Assembly: GCA_036785375.1 (NCBI GenBank)
Contig: JAWMAR010001184.1
Location: 186,001-250,000 of the forward strand
From: Leucoraja ocellata
Taxonomy: Eukaryota
Direction of reading: 5' to 3'
Length of the DNA: 64,000 nucleotides
The position numbers and the translations under genes were made by a program. Positions within the stretch are counted from its first letter, which is position 1. Every line of letters begins with the position of its first letter. Below the pieces are notes generated by a model. That model did not search any database. It saw nothing but the letters and a program-made list of their open reading frames with translations, and was not told the origin of the DNA. Positions 11,629 through 24,532 of this stretch are shown piece by piece.

Positions 11629-11689
11629 CAAAATTGAAAATTGAGATATCGTCGGGTGAATGCTGATCTGTCCCCCTCTCCACTGCTAG

Positions 11690-11910
11690 GCTTGTCCGGC
11701 TTTTTCCCGCTACACCCCATGACAGTGACCGGGGCAGAAAGATTCCACAAGGAACAAGCACTAATGACGCAGGCTGCATCACAACAAGACCGACAAGTGC
11801 TTCAGAGGATGAGCAGCCAATTGCCTAAATGCTGGGTAAGCAAGTGGCTCCTGGAAATTGACAGTGACAGCCAGCGGAGTATCGTCAAGCTGAGGAGACG
11901 ACTGTTTTAA
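11690..11910 (+). CDS. MRPS16: Mitochondrial ribosomal protein S16, last coding exon (164 aa total as written; possible 1-nt frameshift, see findings)
   Basis: Acceptor tccccctctccactgctag|; continues GLSGFFPLHPMTVTGAERF, matching human GLAGFFPLHPMMITNAERL; stop TAA 11908-11910. Confidence 0.88.
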
Positions 11911-11975
11911 CCAGTGTCTGTGCCAGCAGCAGTGTTGTCACAGGAATTATTGCCAGTGGACTACAAGAATTACAC

Positions 11976-11981
11976 ATTAAA
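11976..11981 (+). terminator. Candidate poly(A) signal ATTAAA for MRPS16 (alternative AATAAA at 13270-13275)
   Basis: First polyadenylation hexamer after the stop, followed by T-rich sequence. Confidence 0.4.
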
Positions 11982-14559
11982 ATCAGTGTCCTTTAATATT
12001 ATGTACCTTCTATTTCATTGAGTGGTAACACAGGTCAGAATGCCCAGACTTGGGAATGGCATGTTTTATTTATAATGCAACAGCAATATGTTTGTTTCAC
12101 TTTGTGCAAGGAGCATGGAAGCCTTCTCTACTCAATGTAACCTTGCTGGAGCATTCGTTTGTTGGGATTCCAAACTGCATTCAGCCGCTGCTGTGTTTAG
12201 TCTCCTCAACTAGTGTTTCTGCACATTCTGTGTCACATCTGTCTCTGGGACCTCAAGCATTACTGATATCAAAGGCCCCCTCCACCACAGAGTAATGTAT
12301 AGAATGTCTATCTTTGTAGCTCTGAAATATGCTATTTGGCAAGAGGTCCATGCCAGCATTTATGCTTCATGCAAGCCTTTTCCCACCCTTAGCTGAACTC
12401 CCATGTATTTTCCTTTCTCCCTCGTGTGTTGATTTTGCACCACCTTAAATGCGGCCCAGCCTCTGTAGCTTTTTCAGAGCGGAAATGATCAATACTTGCC
12501 TGGATGCTATTTGTCATAATTCCCAGGTTTGATTGAAGATCACGACTGTTAATTCTCTCGCTGACCTGTGCTTCATTTTTCCTTAGGTCCAAGCTGTAAG
12601 AAACTGCTGTCATCACAAAAACAGGTGTTGGTCACAAATCATTATGGTACCATCGACATCAAGTGGCAATGACCCACTTGAGATTTGTGATTGGCTGCTC
12701 AATGACTTGCCTCCCTCTTGTGCAAATGAAAAGCAACAGGTTCACAAAGGCAATACACGGCGCTTTTAACAGCAATGTCCAACACAAAGGTTGGGTGCTA
12801 GCTAGAGACAATTGCATAATCAGGGAAAGATGATAGTGCTGATAGACAGAGCAAGGGTTCATCACCATCCCAAATATGGCCTTTTGTCACTCGTGCCACA
12901 TGGACTTTCAATAACTTTAACGAACTGGTGCAGAAGAGCTCAAGTTTCAGAATCCCCTCTCCTGATCAAAAGCACCAAATGTATTCATTTTCATACTTAA
13001 ATATTTTACACATCAATGGACAAATAGCACACATGAGCAAATGGGCTCTAATTGTTTAAGAAACAGTTGGTAGATTAGTTGAGAATGACTCGATTCTTGC
13101 ACTGCCCACTTGCAATACTGGACCACTGCCATTAGGTGGCAGCTAAGAGGCAGGCATCCAGCACCAGTCTATGGGAATTGCTACTGGAATCCTTCTCACA
13201 TGAGGTGAGGTACAAGGCTCGACCTTTGGCAATGTTCAAATTAATTACCTGTGCTTTTCAATTTTATTCAATAAAATTAATGATCACCTTTAAAAGCTTA
13301 ATGATTCTAGAGGATACCAAGTACAGAATTGTTTAAAAAGCACCCATTTTATACGTTACAAAAATAATAATATATTAAAAATGAAGTGTATTGTGGAAAG
13401 CAGTTTCTATGCCAGGAGAGGTTGCTGGCTCAAAGGTGGTCAAAGCATGTGGGGGAATGGACAAATATTGATGGAAGTGGCACTGTTCCATGCGAATATT
13501 TGCTGAATAATGTTTACTGAAGTGGACATTAACAACCCCTGCCCTGCTGCTACTTCCTACCTCAAATAATTTATACAGGTGGTATGAGGTGGTGTTCCTG
13601 CATCCTGCCCCCCCACCTCCTGCCCAAGGGGAACCGAGTGCTTGAAACACAAGGGCTGAGGATGCTGGAATCCTGTGCAAAAAAAAAGTGAAAGAACTCA
13701 GCGGGTCAGGCAGCACGTTACTGCAAAGATGAGGTGTAAGGAAAGAACATTTGTTACTTTATATTGAGAAGCTTTGGTTATTCGCCAAATAGCTAACCGT
13801 GTGAACCTCTGGATCAAATGCTGGAAATATCAAATCAAAACCAAAACTGCTACCTGCACTCAGTAGTCAGCCAACATACATGAGAAACTGTCAGCAATGC
13901 TTCATCCGTACAGGAAGCGCAAGGATAGCTCTTCAATGAATACAGAAATGGGAATTGGATGGAGTAAGCAGAAGCACGGAAAGCCACCTGGCTGGATTCT
14001 ACAAATATACGATGCATGAAAATGTGGCAGATGGATTGGTTTAAGATGAAACAAAGAGACAATGGGACACAGTCCATAGGAAACGTAGTCACAACATGAG
14101 GGGGGGTGTCATGATACAGAGGTACACGCGCTGGGCAACAATGGGAATGCTTCAGTGGTTCAGAAATGTGGAGGGGGGGGGGGGAGGCAGGAGAGGAGGG
14201 AGGACTTGGGGAACAGATACTGCAAGTGTTCACATTTGCAAGTAAGTCACTGCCTTAGGTTTTGTCTGTCTTTAATGTGGTCGTGTTGATCTTGATTTAC
14301 AGGGTAGAATATTCCTAAGGTGTGCCAGTGATGGCTAGAACCCACCCTGGGAGGAGAGTTCCTTCACAAATGCAGCTCTACAGTGTTCCCATTGAGTGAA
14401 TACGTGGTCTGTGGTGGGACGGGTCAAGCAGGGTTAATTTCAGTGCAGACTGATGTCAAACTGCATTCCTGCTCAACACAACAGTCACAATGCTCGCCTC
14501 ATCGCCAACGCACATCTTACTGGGGTAATGCTAACACACTGGACGAATAGGTCCCGAAC

Positions 14560-15060
14560 CAAAATCACCTAAACATCAATGAATGAGTGACATTTACATC
14601 TGTGCACATTCATCACCCAATTCTTAGTCATCACCAACTTATTCATTCAACATCCACAAAACAAGGATTCTTCACCCAACCTGCTGCCACACAACATTGC
14701 CCTCTGATGACAAACATCCACAGCGAGACCCAGAAATAAATGGACCACTTCTCATATCATGGGGGCCCCATTGTCAGCCAAGGCAGAACTCAATGGCAAA
14801 ATCCATCTGCTTTTAGTGCTCAGCCCAGGACCAACTGAGAATGTGTGATGATCAAGATCTCAAATCCATGACAAAACCAATGGTCTGATCACTGGCCTTT
14901 TGGACTCAGAATCTCACAGCACAGGAAAGAAACCACCAGCACGGTCTCTGCAAGATCCTCCAGACTCACTGAAAGAGCAAGCTTCAGTATCCTTCTCAGG
15001 CCAACATCCCCAGTAGCAAGGCTCCCATTGAGCAGGACCTCCAGCCTCCCGAAACAGACA
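14560..15060 (+). mobile_element. Old RTE-like LINE RT remnant
   Basis: Broken motifs NIHKT, HFSY.G, DQDLKS.TK, HQ..LCKILQ, ANIPS. Confidence 0.4.
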
Positions 15061-15106
15061 CTAGATTATCAGAGTCAGGCAGGGGAAATGTAATTAAAGG
15101 ATATTG

Positions 15107-15293
15107 TCAAAACCTCTGATAAACTTTGCCGCCTCCATTGACTCTTGGGAATCGCGTGCGTTTCCCGGAGGTTGCAGGTAGTGGAAGCAGGTAGGGAGAC
15201 TGACAAAAACCTCCAGGAACCTCACGGAAACCTTGGGTGGGGCGCAAAGTCTCCAGAGCTTTCCGTTCTGGTTTCCTAAGTGGGACGGGCATA
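15107..15293. mobile_element. Partial MITE (one terminus, PIF/Harbinger-like)
   Basis: Ends 'ggtttcctaagtgggacgggca' followed by TAA; the other terminal repeat was not found. Confidence 0.4.
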
Positions 15294-15416
15294 AGAGTTC
15301 ACGGATCCCAGATTGGCCTCATCGGTTACCTTAGCACAAAAGCAGAACGGACACAAATCATTTTCGATTGTGAAAGACAGCTTAAGACTAGGTAGCAGCC
15401 GACAGGGTAGCAATTA

Positions 15417-16135
15417 GAGATTCAAGATTCAATTTAATTGTCATTTGGACCCCTTGAGGTCCAAACGAAATGCCGTTTCTGCAGCCATACATTACAAACA
15501 AATAGACCCAAGACACAACATAATTTACATAAACATCCATCACATCGCTGTGATGGAAGGCCAAAAAAACTTATCTCTCCACTGCACTCTCCCCCCCCGA
15601 TGCCAGAGTCAAAGTCAAAGCCCCCGGCTGGCGATGGCGATTGTCCCGCGGCCATTAAAGCCACGCCGGGTGGTGCGAGGTCGCTCACCGGGTCTTGATG
15701 TTGGAGCCCCCGGCGTGAGCTCGCAGAGTCCCGCAGCCATTCCAAGCCGCGCAGGGCGGTGATGTCAGGCCCCGCTCCAGGAGCTCTTCGACCCCGCAAC
15801 TCGGGCGGGAGAAGTCGCCGTTGCGAGAGCCCTGAAAAGCGATCTCCCTCCAGGGACCCGCGGGCTCCCGGTGCCGCCGTCCGCCAGACCCGCAGTTGCA
15901 GCCTCCGAATCTCCGGAGGTCGGGCCGCAGCAGCAACAGCGCTCCACCACCGCTCCACCTGCTCCGGACTCGGCCAGCTCCGCGACGGTGAGGTGAGTCG
16001 TCAGCACCAGAGCCCCCGGTCTTCTCCTGTTGGAGGCCGCTCCTCGTTGCAGCCCCAACGACAGCGGAGACCCGACAAAGAAAAGGTTGGGTCTCCCGTG
16101 CAGGGAGAGATTAAAAGTTACCCCCTCCCTCCCAA
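15417..16135 (-). mobile_element. GC-rich non-autonomous LINE-dependent element, copy 2
   Basis: Colinear homology with 8616-9340 (e.g. aagcccccgg..gcgatggc.attgtcccgcggccattaa, cagggacccgcgggctcccggt); (TTGAATC)n tail on the minus strand. Confidence 0.85.
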
Positions 16136-16616
16136 TTAGAGCTGCAATCAGCTTCACACTCTCCCAGTGAAGAGTCAGTAAATTAGCCTCTTCTTCCTGT
16201 GCCGTCACTCCTCACTGTATAGTGGCTCCTGCTGGTCACTTCATTTGATACTGAAGTGGAAATCAAATCTGACGGCTCAATTAGCACCCATGGTCAGGCC
16301 ATGACCATTGGGGCCCCTCAAGCCTGTTCCACCATTCCATAGAAGTTGGCTGATCTGCCGCAATTCAGGTTTCCTGCCCAATCCTTTCTTTATTTTGTTT
16401 GACATCCAGAAATCCCAACAGTTCAGGTACTCATGGCTGGGTGTACTGGTTCCTCTTTTCATGACGGGGTCAGAAAGGTTGAACATCGTAAGCCATGAGG
16501 GCAGAGAGATTTCTCAAAATTCACTCAATAGTAAGTGGCCAAACATGTAGCCTACTCCAGGAGAGATGGCCACCCTGTGCTTCTGTGTTCAGCAGCCAAC
16601 AACATGGATCTTATCT

Positions 16617-17083
16617 GATGGCTTGGTTCGACAACTTGAGGGCCCAGGAGCGGAAAAGACTGCAAAAAGTTGTAAACACTGCCCAGTCCATCATCGGCTC
16701 TGACCTCCCTACCATCGAGGGGATCTATCGCAGTTGCTGCCTCAAAAAGGCTGCCAGCATCATCAAGGATCCACACCATCCTGACCATCCACTCATCTCC
16801 CCGCTGCCTTCAGGTAGAAGGTACATCTGAAATCTACAACATCCAGGTTCAGGAATAACTACTTCCCCACAGCCATCAAGCTAGGATACTCAACTCAAAC
16901 AAAACTCTGAACATTAATAACACTTTATCTGCTTATTTATGTGTGTATATATATTCAATGGTATATGGTCACACTGATCTGTTCTGTATTTATTTATGGC
17001 TACTATATTCTGTTGTGCTGAAGCAAAGCAAGATTTCATTGTCCTATCTGGGACACATGACAATAAACTCTCTTGAATCTTGA
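16617..17083 (+). mobile_element. Rex1/Babar-like LINE 3' fragment
   Basis: AWFDNLRAQERKRLQKVVNTAQSIIG..IIKDPHHP..PLPSGRRY; tail 'tgacaataaactctcttgaatcttgaa'. Confidence 0.85.
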
Positions 17084-17834
17084 AATGGAAGGGGATAAAC
17101 ACTGGAAATAATTAGCCAGTGTCAAGCATTGGCTCACTGCTTCCACAATGGAATAGACGAGACATTCACATATAACAAGATTTTTTTTTTAAAAGTGTAA
17201 CTTTGGTGCTTGTGTTTGTATGCAGGAGAGGTAAGTTATTACCTATTGTACTGGCACTGCACAGATGAATGGAAGAAAAATGATGTTTGTGGAGTGATGG
17301 CATTGTGCTCTACTAGTGAGGCCATTGTACTGTGGATAGATTTCATTAGCATAGCTTTGAACTGGGGAATTAATCACTTGCTTGATTAAAGGAAATCTAA
17401 TCCTTTAAAAATTTGCTTTAGTGAATTTAACAAATTTATGGGGCTGCCACTCCCAGCATATTCCAACTGGCCTGCTGCAAGAGGATTGGCACAGAGCTGG
17501 ATTTGAGTGGACTACGATATCCGCTCTGTTTCCTTTGTGCTGGCACTGCTGAAATTGATACCAGTCATCTTGCAGATTGGTAGTGGTGCAGGGTGCGTTT
17601 CTACATCCCTTGGACATTCCTGGTTACAGAGCTTCTGGCCAGGTTATGAAGGGTTCACGATTGCTGAGGATTGGTTCTGTCGCAAGGTAGGCCTATCCTA
17701 TAAGTAGCCATAGCCTATACTTCCTTGGATTCTTCCAGTTCCCTACACTCCGGGAACTTGCCTATGACTAGAGAAGACACACACATTCTCATCAGGCTCC
17801 TGCAATCTCTCTTCCCTCCACCATCAAGTCCTGG

Positions 17835-18458
17835 GGATTTATAGGAGCAAGGAGGTCCTACTGCAGTTGTACAGGACCCTGGTGAGACCGCGCCTGGAGT
17901 ATTGTGTGCAGTTTTGGTCTTCTAATTTGAGGAAGGACATTCTTGCTATTAAGGGAGTGCAGCGTTGGTTTACCAGGTTAATTCCCAGGATGGTGGGACT
18001 GACGTATGATGAAAGAATGGATTGACTGCGCTTATTTTCACTGGAATTTAGAAGGATGAGAGGGAATCTTATAGAAACATATAAAATTATTAAGGGATTG
18101 GACAGGCTAGAAGCAGGAAAAATGTTTCCCATGTTGGGAGAGTCCAGAACCAGGGGTCACAGTTGAAAAAATAATGGGTAGGCCATTTAGAACTGAGGTG
18201 GGAAAAAAACGTTTTCAGCCAGAGAGTTGTGAATCTGTGGAATTCTTTGCCACAGAAGGCGGTGGAGGCCAATTAACTGGATGTATTCAAGAGAGAGTTA
18301 GATATAGCTCTTAGGGCTAACAGAATCAAGGGATATGTGAAGAATGCAGGAACGGGGTACTGATTCTGGATGATCAGCCATGATCATATTGAATCGCCGT
18401 GCTGGCTCGAAGCATCAAATGGCCAACTCCTGCACCTATTGTCTACGTTACTATGTTA
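17835..18458 (+). mobile_element. CR1 LINE 3' fragment
   Basis: LVRPRLEYCVQFWS..KGVQRWFTRLIPG; 3' UTR 'gatcagccatgatcatattgaat..ctcctgcacctatt'. Confidence 0.9.
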
Positions 18459-18606
18459 ACAATCTTTAAGATCCCCAACACCTTGCCTACTCAACCGATG
18501 TAATATTTCCACACCCTTTAGAAAGGAAAGGGGCAAAATTAATTCTCATCTTTCTGAGTGTCAAACCCAGAGTTAAATATCTATCAAAATGTTACAATTT
18601 TCGAAG

Positions 18607-18830
18607 TGGCAGCACAGTGTCGGAGCGGCAGAGTCGTTGCCTTACCGTGCCAGAGACATGCTTCTTGCGGGTGCTCCAGTTTCTTCACACATTCCAAAGA
18701 TGTACAAGTGTGTAGGTTAATTGACTTCTATAAATTGTCCCTAGTTTTAGGATGGAACTAGTGTATGGGTCGGTGTGGAGTCGGTGGGCTGGAGCGCCTG
18801 TTTCCACACCGTCTCAACTAAACTAAGAGC
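18607..18830 (+). mobile_element. Internally deleted V-SINE (HE1-like)
   Basis: ggcagcacagtg head, 'gggtgctccagtttc..acattccaaag' core, CR1-like tail with (CTAAA)n. Confidence 0.7.
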
Positions 18831-19465
18831 TAAACTACAAGTAATTAGAAGTGGTTAATGAAGTCAAAGAAAAGCATCGAGTGTACCAGCATTTAAATTA
18901 ATCCTTTAAACATCTTTACACCAACCTGCCGATGTCCCACTTTCTGAAGATGTTATTTCATAAGGAATAGGCCAATTTGGCCCATCAAGTCTACTCAGCC
19001 ATTCAATCATGGCTGATCTATCTCTCACTCCTAATCCCATTCTCCTACCTTCTCCCCATAACCTCTGACCTCTATAATGTTATCATGAGAGCTTTGATGA
19101 CACAAGAAAAAAAAATACCAAGCACTACAAGTTACTCTTCCTACAATATGGAGAGAAATGAAAACTAGCTTAATAGTATCCCAAATCAAAAGAAGTTAGA
19201 AATACGCATGTGCAAGTGTAACGTGACTGCAGTTGTATTTGATCATGTGTGTACTATTAGTGCCCAGTGTGAGGGGAACCTTGAATAAACCAGAAGCTTG
19301 CTTTAGAGCTGTGCATCTGTTGCATTTCACTTTGTATGGCACTGCCTGGGAAAGGGAGTCCCCAGGGCATGAAGCGCCATGGGCCTAGACATGAGGGTGC
19401 GACACTGCCTAGGGAATGTAACCCACATGGTGCATGCCTTCGATAATAACTTTCCTGGGCATTGA

Positions 19466-20330
19466 CCATTCATCCTCTGACATTTTCACCAACTCCAACA
19501 GGATTCCACTACTAGCCACATCTTCCCATCTCCACCCCTTTCCACAGTGACAGTTACCTCCACAACTCCCTGGTCAACATGTCCCTTCCCACCCAAACCA
19601 CCCCCTCCCAAGGTATTTCCCCCTGCAACCACTGGAGATGCAACAGCTGTCCCTATAGCTCCCCCCTCGACTCCATCCAAGGACCCAGAAAGTCTTTTCA
19701 GATGAGGCAGAGGTTCACTTGCACCTCCTCCGACCTCATCTACTGTATCCACTGTTCCAAGTGTGGACTGCTGTATATCGGCGAGACCAAGTGCAGGCTC
19801 TGCGATCATTTTGTTGAACACTTCCGCTCAGTCCGCCTAAACCTACCTGATCTCCTGGTTACTCAGCACTTCAACTCCCCCTCCCATTCTCACACTGACC
19901 TTTCTGTCCCGAGCCTCCTCCATTGTCAGCGTGAGGCCCAGTGCAAATTGGAGGAACAGCAGCTCATATTTCGCTTGGGCAGCTTACACCCCAGCGCCAT
20001 GAACATTGATTTCTCTAACTTCAAGTAGCTCTTGCTTTCCCTCTCTCTCCATCCCCTCCCCCTTTCCAGTTCTCAGACAGTCCGGCTCCGACTACATTTT
20101 ATCTCTGTTTGCTTTGTTGTTACCTTCTCCCAAATAACAATGATGTATTCTGCATCTTACTTGATCTCCATTCCCTCGGTCTTGTTTTCACACCTAACAC
20201 TTCCTTATCTATACATCACCCACTCTCCAGCCATCAATCTGAAGAAGGGTCTCAACCTGAAACGTCACCCATTCCTTCTCTCCAGAGATGCTGCCTGTCC
20301 CGCTGAGTTACATCGGCATTTTGTGTCTAA
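19466..20330 (+). mobile_element. Penelope-like element 3' part: open GIY-YIG ORF (19579-20028) plus terminal repeat with hammerhead core
   Basis: PCNHWRCNSCPY..DLIYCIHCSKCGLLYIGETKCRLCDHFVEH..LEEQQLIFRLGSLHP; CTGAAGA 20239-20245 ... GAAACGTC 20259-20266. Confidence 0.92.
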
Positions 20331-20689
20331 GCTAAAACACTAAATCACTTCTCACTCAAAAGATGATGTTTCAGCTTCTGAATATTTCCAGCATTTCCTG
20401 ACAAAGTCAGCAGGTAGTTATTGCTGATCTGATGTTAATTTTTGCTTCTGGACAATTTCCTGGAAGCGCAATAAATTCTGTTTAAAATATGTTTCTTAAC
20501 AAATCCAGTGTTCATATTAAGCGATCAAATGGCAATTATCAGAATATTGCATAAGAAACTAATGATTAAAATAGAAATTTATTAAAGGGAATTCCATTTT
20601 ACCCATTAAGATAGTTCTCGATGTGTGGAAAGGAACTGCAGATGCTGGCATATACCGAAGATAGACACAAAGTACTAGAGTAACTCAGT

Positions 20690-20884
20690 AGTACACAAAA
20701 TTGCTGGAGAAACTCAGCGGGTGCAGCAGCATCTATGGAGCGAAGGAAATCAGTCTGAAGAAGGATTTCGGCCCGAAACGTCGCCTATTTCCTTCGCTCC
20801 ATAGATGCTGCTGCACCCGCTGAGTTTCTCCAGCAATTTTGTGTACCTTCGATCTTCCAGCATCTGCAGTTCCCTCTTGAACAC
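20690..20884 (+). mobile_element. Young Penelope-derived mini-element with 60-bp perfect inverted arms around a hammerhead core, nested in an older related element (~20623-20975)
   Basis: 13-bp TSD AGAGTAACTCAGT at 20677-20689 / 20885-20897; arms 20691-20750 and 20787-20846. Confidence 0.9.
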
Positions 20885-22914
20885 AGAGTAACTCAGTGGG
20901 TCAGGCAGCATCAAAAGGATGTGACATTTCGGGTCGCAAACCTTCACACTCTGATGAAGGGTTCCGACCCGAGATAGATCTCGAGTTTTATTTAAACAGG
21001 GCAATCAGTAATAAAGTTTGATTTGCTCTGTTTGCCATTGTACTTATCTGGTATCGGGAAATATGCCTGTATTTGGAGAGGCTCGTGTTTGTTGTGGAGA
21101 CCCAGTCAACTCGCAGAAGCATGAATGCAGTGTTAAACAAATCACTCAGTGTCAATGCAATAAGTACTACAGAGCACAATTGATGTTCCAAATATGGAGG
21201 GTCATTTATAACCTCACAGTCTGCCCAGATTACACTTACTGGCCGTGGCACTGAATGCATCGACTGCAGCCAGCAATGCAAACCCTGGCTGTAACAATTC
21301 TGCTCATTTGCAGTAATTGTGCTCGTGTGTGTGTGTGAGGAAGTCAGTTGTCAGAGTTGTACACTGGAAAATGTGGGGAGGAGAGGCAAAAAGGGGGCGT
21401 GGAATTCACTCAATAGTCCATTGGACATTGTGGATGGATGCACATTTGTCCGTTAGGATGAAAGATCTCTGAATATGTCCTACAGAGGCCAGCAAGTTTA
21501 AACTCCTGTATAAGCCTCTGCTATGTTGCGAACTCCTGCTTCCATCCCCTCTCCTGCCTTGGAGTATATATACCCCTTACTGGAACCATCTTGTTGAGAT
21601 AAGATCATAACTTGAAAATTGAAAACTATGAAGGGAAGGCCGAGGATGATGACATGTTATCTGTGCCTTGGAAAGAAAGAACATGCATTTGACATAAGCT
21701 TCTGCTGACTGAGACTTTCAAACAAGGTGCTGCACAACAATGTGGATGCCACTGTAAGAATGTCAGCAGTCAACACACAACAAATTCCCCACACACAATG
21801 TGAAAGTGAGCAGACCAATTGTGTTAGTAATCGTGACTGAAGGATAGAAATTGGCCATCGTGCAGTGATGAAATTCCCAGGGCTTCAAATAGTCCCCTGG
21901 GATCATTGACTTTTTTATAGGGTCAAACAGACGCAACAGCCCCATGCAAAATAAAAATAACGTCATGGAAGTACAGAGGTGTTAAACAATGACAGGGAAA
22001 GACTAATCAGAAAGTTGCTAACAGTAGAAGTCTGAGTTGGATGATCAGCCATGATCATATTGAATGGTGGTGCAGGCTCGAAGGGCCGAATGGCCTACTC
22101 CTGCACCTATTTTCTATGTTTTACTCAGTAAAAGGCAAAGTAAGTCTAAATTAAGGACACGCAATTTCTTCACACAGAGTATCATCATTTGGATAGGACA
22201 CTGAATAAACACAGACAACAATATGATGGAATAATCTACACATATTCATCCAGAAATACATGTTGCCATTCCCTCACTGCATAAATTAATTTCAGAAATT
22301 CTAGTTACAACATCAAAGCTACTCGGACTTATCAGACACTATTTGTCTTGTCTAAATCCACGTTGACGTCATCCAAGCATTATTATTTTCCAAGTGTATT
22401 CCCACCACTTCCTTAATGATAGATTTCAGTATTTTCATAAGCATTGATGTTGGTCAACAGCTTCCCTTTTTCACTCTTTATTTAAATATCAGGGTTACAT
22501 TTGCCATGTCCAACCTGTGGGAGTGACTATAGTAATGCAGATCTCGGCTGCAACAGTTCTGTTCAGTCGCAGTAATTCTTCACCTCAGCAGTGTTCAAGT
22601 GTGAAGTTTGTGTACAAAGGAATGTAGGGCAGAAAGGTCAAGACAAGGTATGTGACTCACTCAGTAACAATGTTTTGGACTCATTTCCCCCTGAACCTGG
22701 AGAATATACACACACACAGAAGTCAGCAAGGTTAAGTTTCTGTGTATGTCCCTAGAGGTTCTGAATGCCCACTTCTACCACATCAACTCCCTTGACAAAC
22801 AGTGCATTAACTGTCCCCATAGCCAACATGGTCACAAATATTAATCAGACTGGGCATTTATTTTCTCGTACAGAAAAATGAGAAGTGATTTGGCCAAGAC
22901 CTACAAAATTACTT

Positions 22915-23219
22915 GAGATACAAGGAACTAGATGCTGGTTTAAAAAAAAAAAGACACAAGTGCTGGACTAACTCATTGATCAGGCAGCATCTCTGGAGAA
23001 CACGACAGGCTCGATTGTAATCATGTATTGTCTATCCACTGACTGGTTAGCACGCAACAAAAGCTTCACTCTGTACTTCGGCACACATGACAATAAACTA
23101 GGATGAGCAATGTTTCGGGCCAGGACTGAAGGAACTGGACCTGAAACATCACCTTTCCATGTTCTCCAGGGATGCTGCCAGACCCGTTAAGTTACTCCAG
23201 CACTTTGTGTCCTTTTTTC
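22915..23219. mobile_element. Palindromic Penelope-derived mini-element in a CR1, itself carrying a Rex1-type tail insertion (~23010-23099)
   Basis: Inverted arms 'gacacaagtgctgga..caggcagcatctctggagaaca' versus 'tgttctccagggatgctgcc..tccagcactttgtgtc'; TSD-like CCTACAA(A/G)AT at 22900 and 23220. Confidence 0.7.
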
Positions 23220-24532
23220 CCTACAAGATCTCTCACTGGGTTTGACAGGGTAGGTGCAGGGATGATGTTCTTTGCCAGGGTGTCCAGAATGAGAAATCAC
23301 AATTTTAAAGTAAGAGTTTAGATGTGAATACATTTCTCAATGAATCTTTGGAATTCTCGAGCCAAGGCCGGGTGGATCTCAGTCGCTGAATACACTCAAG
23401 GCAGAGTATGATAATTGTTTTCTATAGGAAGGGATTCGGGGGGGGGGGGGGGGGGGCGGGGATGTGGGGTTGGTGCAAGAAAATGATGCAGAGCTAATGT
23501 TTCAAGTGCGATCATATTGAATGGAAGAACTTATCACCTTATAACTGGCACAGGGGGGCTTCCAGTTCTTAACCATCCAGGAATGCAGTGAGATTTCTGA
23601 ATTTCTCCAGTACACGGTTACTATGTGCGAAAGGCAAACAATCCACAGATCCCACCCCCCCGCCCATCACGTACTCCTGCCGTCTGTTATTCTGTGGATC
23701 CTGACTCAGTCACCTCAGCACCCACAGAACCACAGTGGAAAATGTCACCTTTACCCCCAAATATTCCCCACACAAGACCTAGTAATATATAGATTACTTT
23801 CTCTGATCCTACGAGGGGTTTTTGACCTAAAATATATTTTTCTCTTTCCACAGATGCTGTTTGACATGCTAGATTTTTCCAGTACTTTTATTTTTTATTT
23901 AGATTCCTTGTCCATCCTTCCTATATCCTGTCTAAATATACAATATGAATTATCCACGTTCTAATTTACCTACATATTCGCAATATCTCCTTCCTATATC
24001 AATGGGTCCTGTATCTTATCTAAATATGTCCTAGTACATACTATGTGACTGGTTAGTCTGGTGAACAATAATTAATTCAGTTATTTGCTCCATGTCATTA
24101 CTAGACATGTTCTGACAGTTTGTGATCCAAATATCCATCAGGATGAGGTTTAAATATGAAACCGTGAAACAAGCAATTAGATTTATGATCCAACACTCCA
24201 GTACAGGAAGTCCTCCTGCCAGCAATGTACTGAGCTTGGCACAGAGTGAAAGGGCATGAAACTGACAGTGATAAGAAGGCTCACAAATCCCAGTGACATT
24301 AGCACTTCAAACTGTGACAGCAACATTCTTTTCTGGGCTTCCAGATTGTTGTCCTTGAGTATTGATTCCCACCAGCACAAGTGTCAAGTCTCTACCAGGC
24401 CTCTTCATTTCTCCACAAGAAGTCTCTGGTGCCTGCTGGTGGCTTCTGTAGACATTGCATTAAACCCAGTCCTAATCTCATTTGGCCTCCTGCACACATC
24501 CCTGCACCAGTCTATGCAAACTAATTTGGTGC

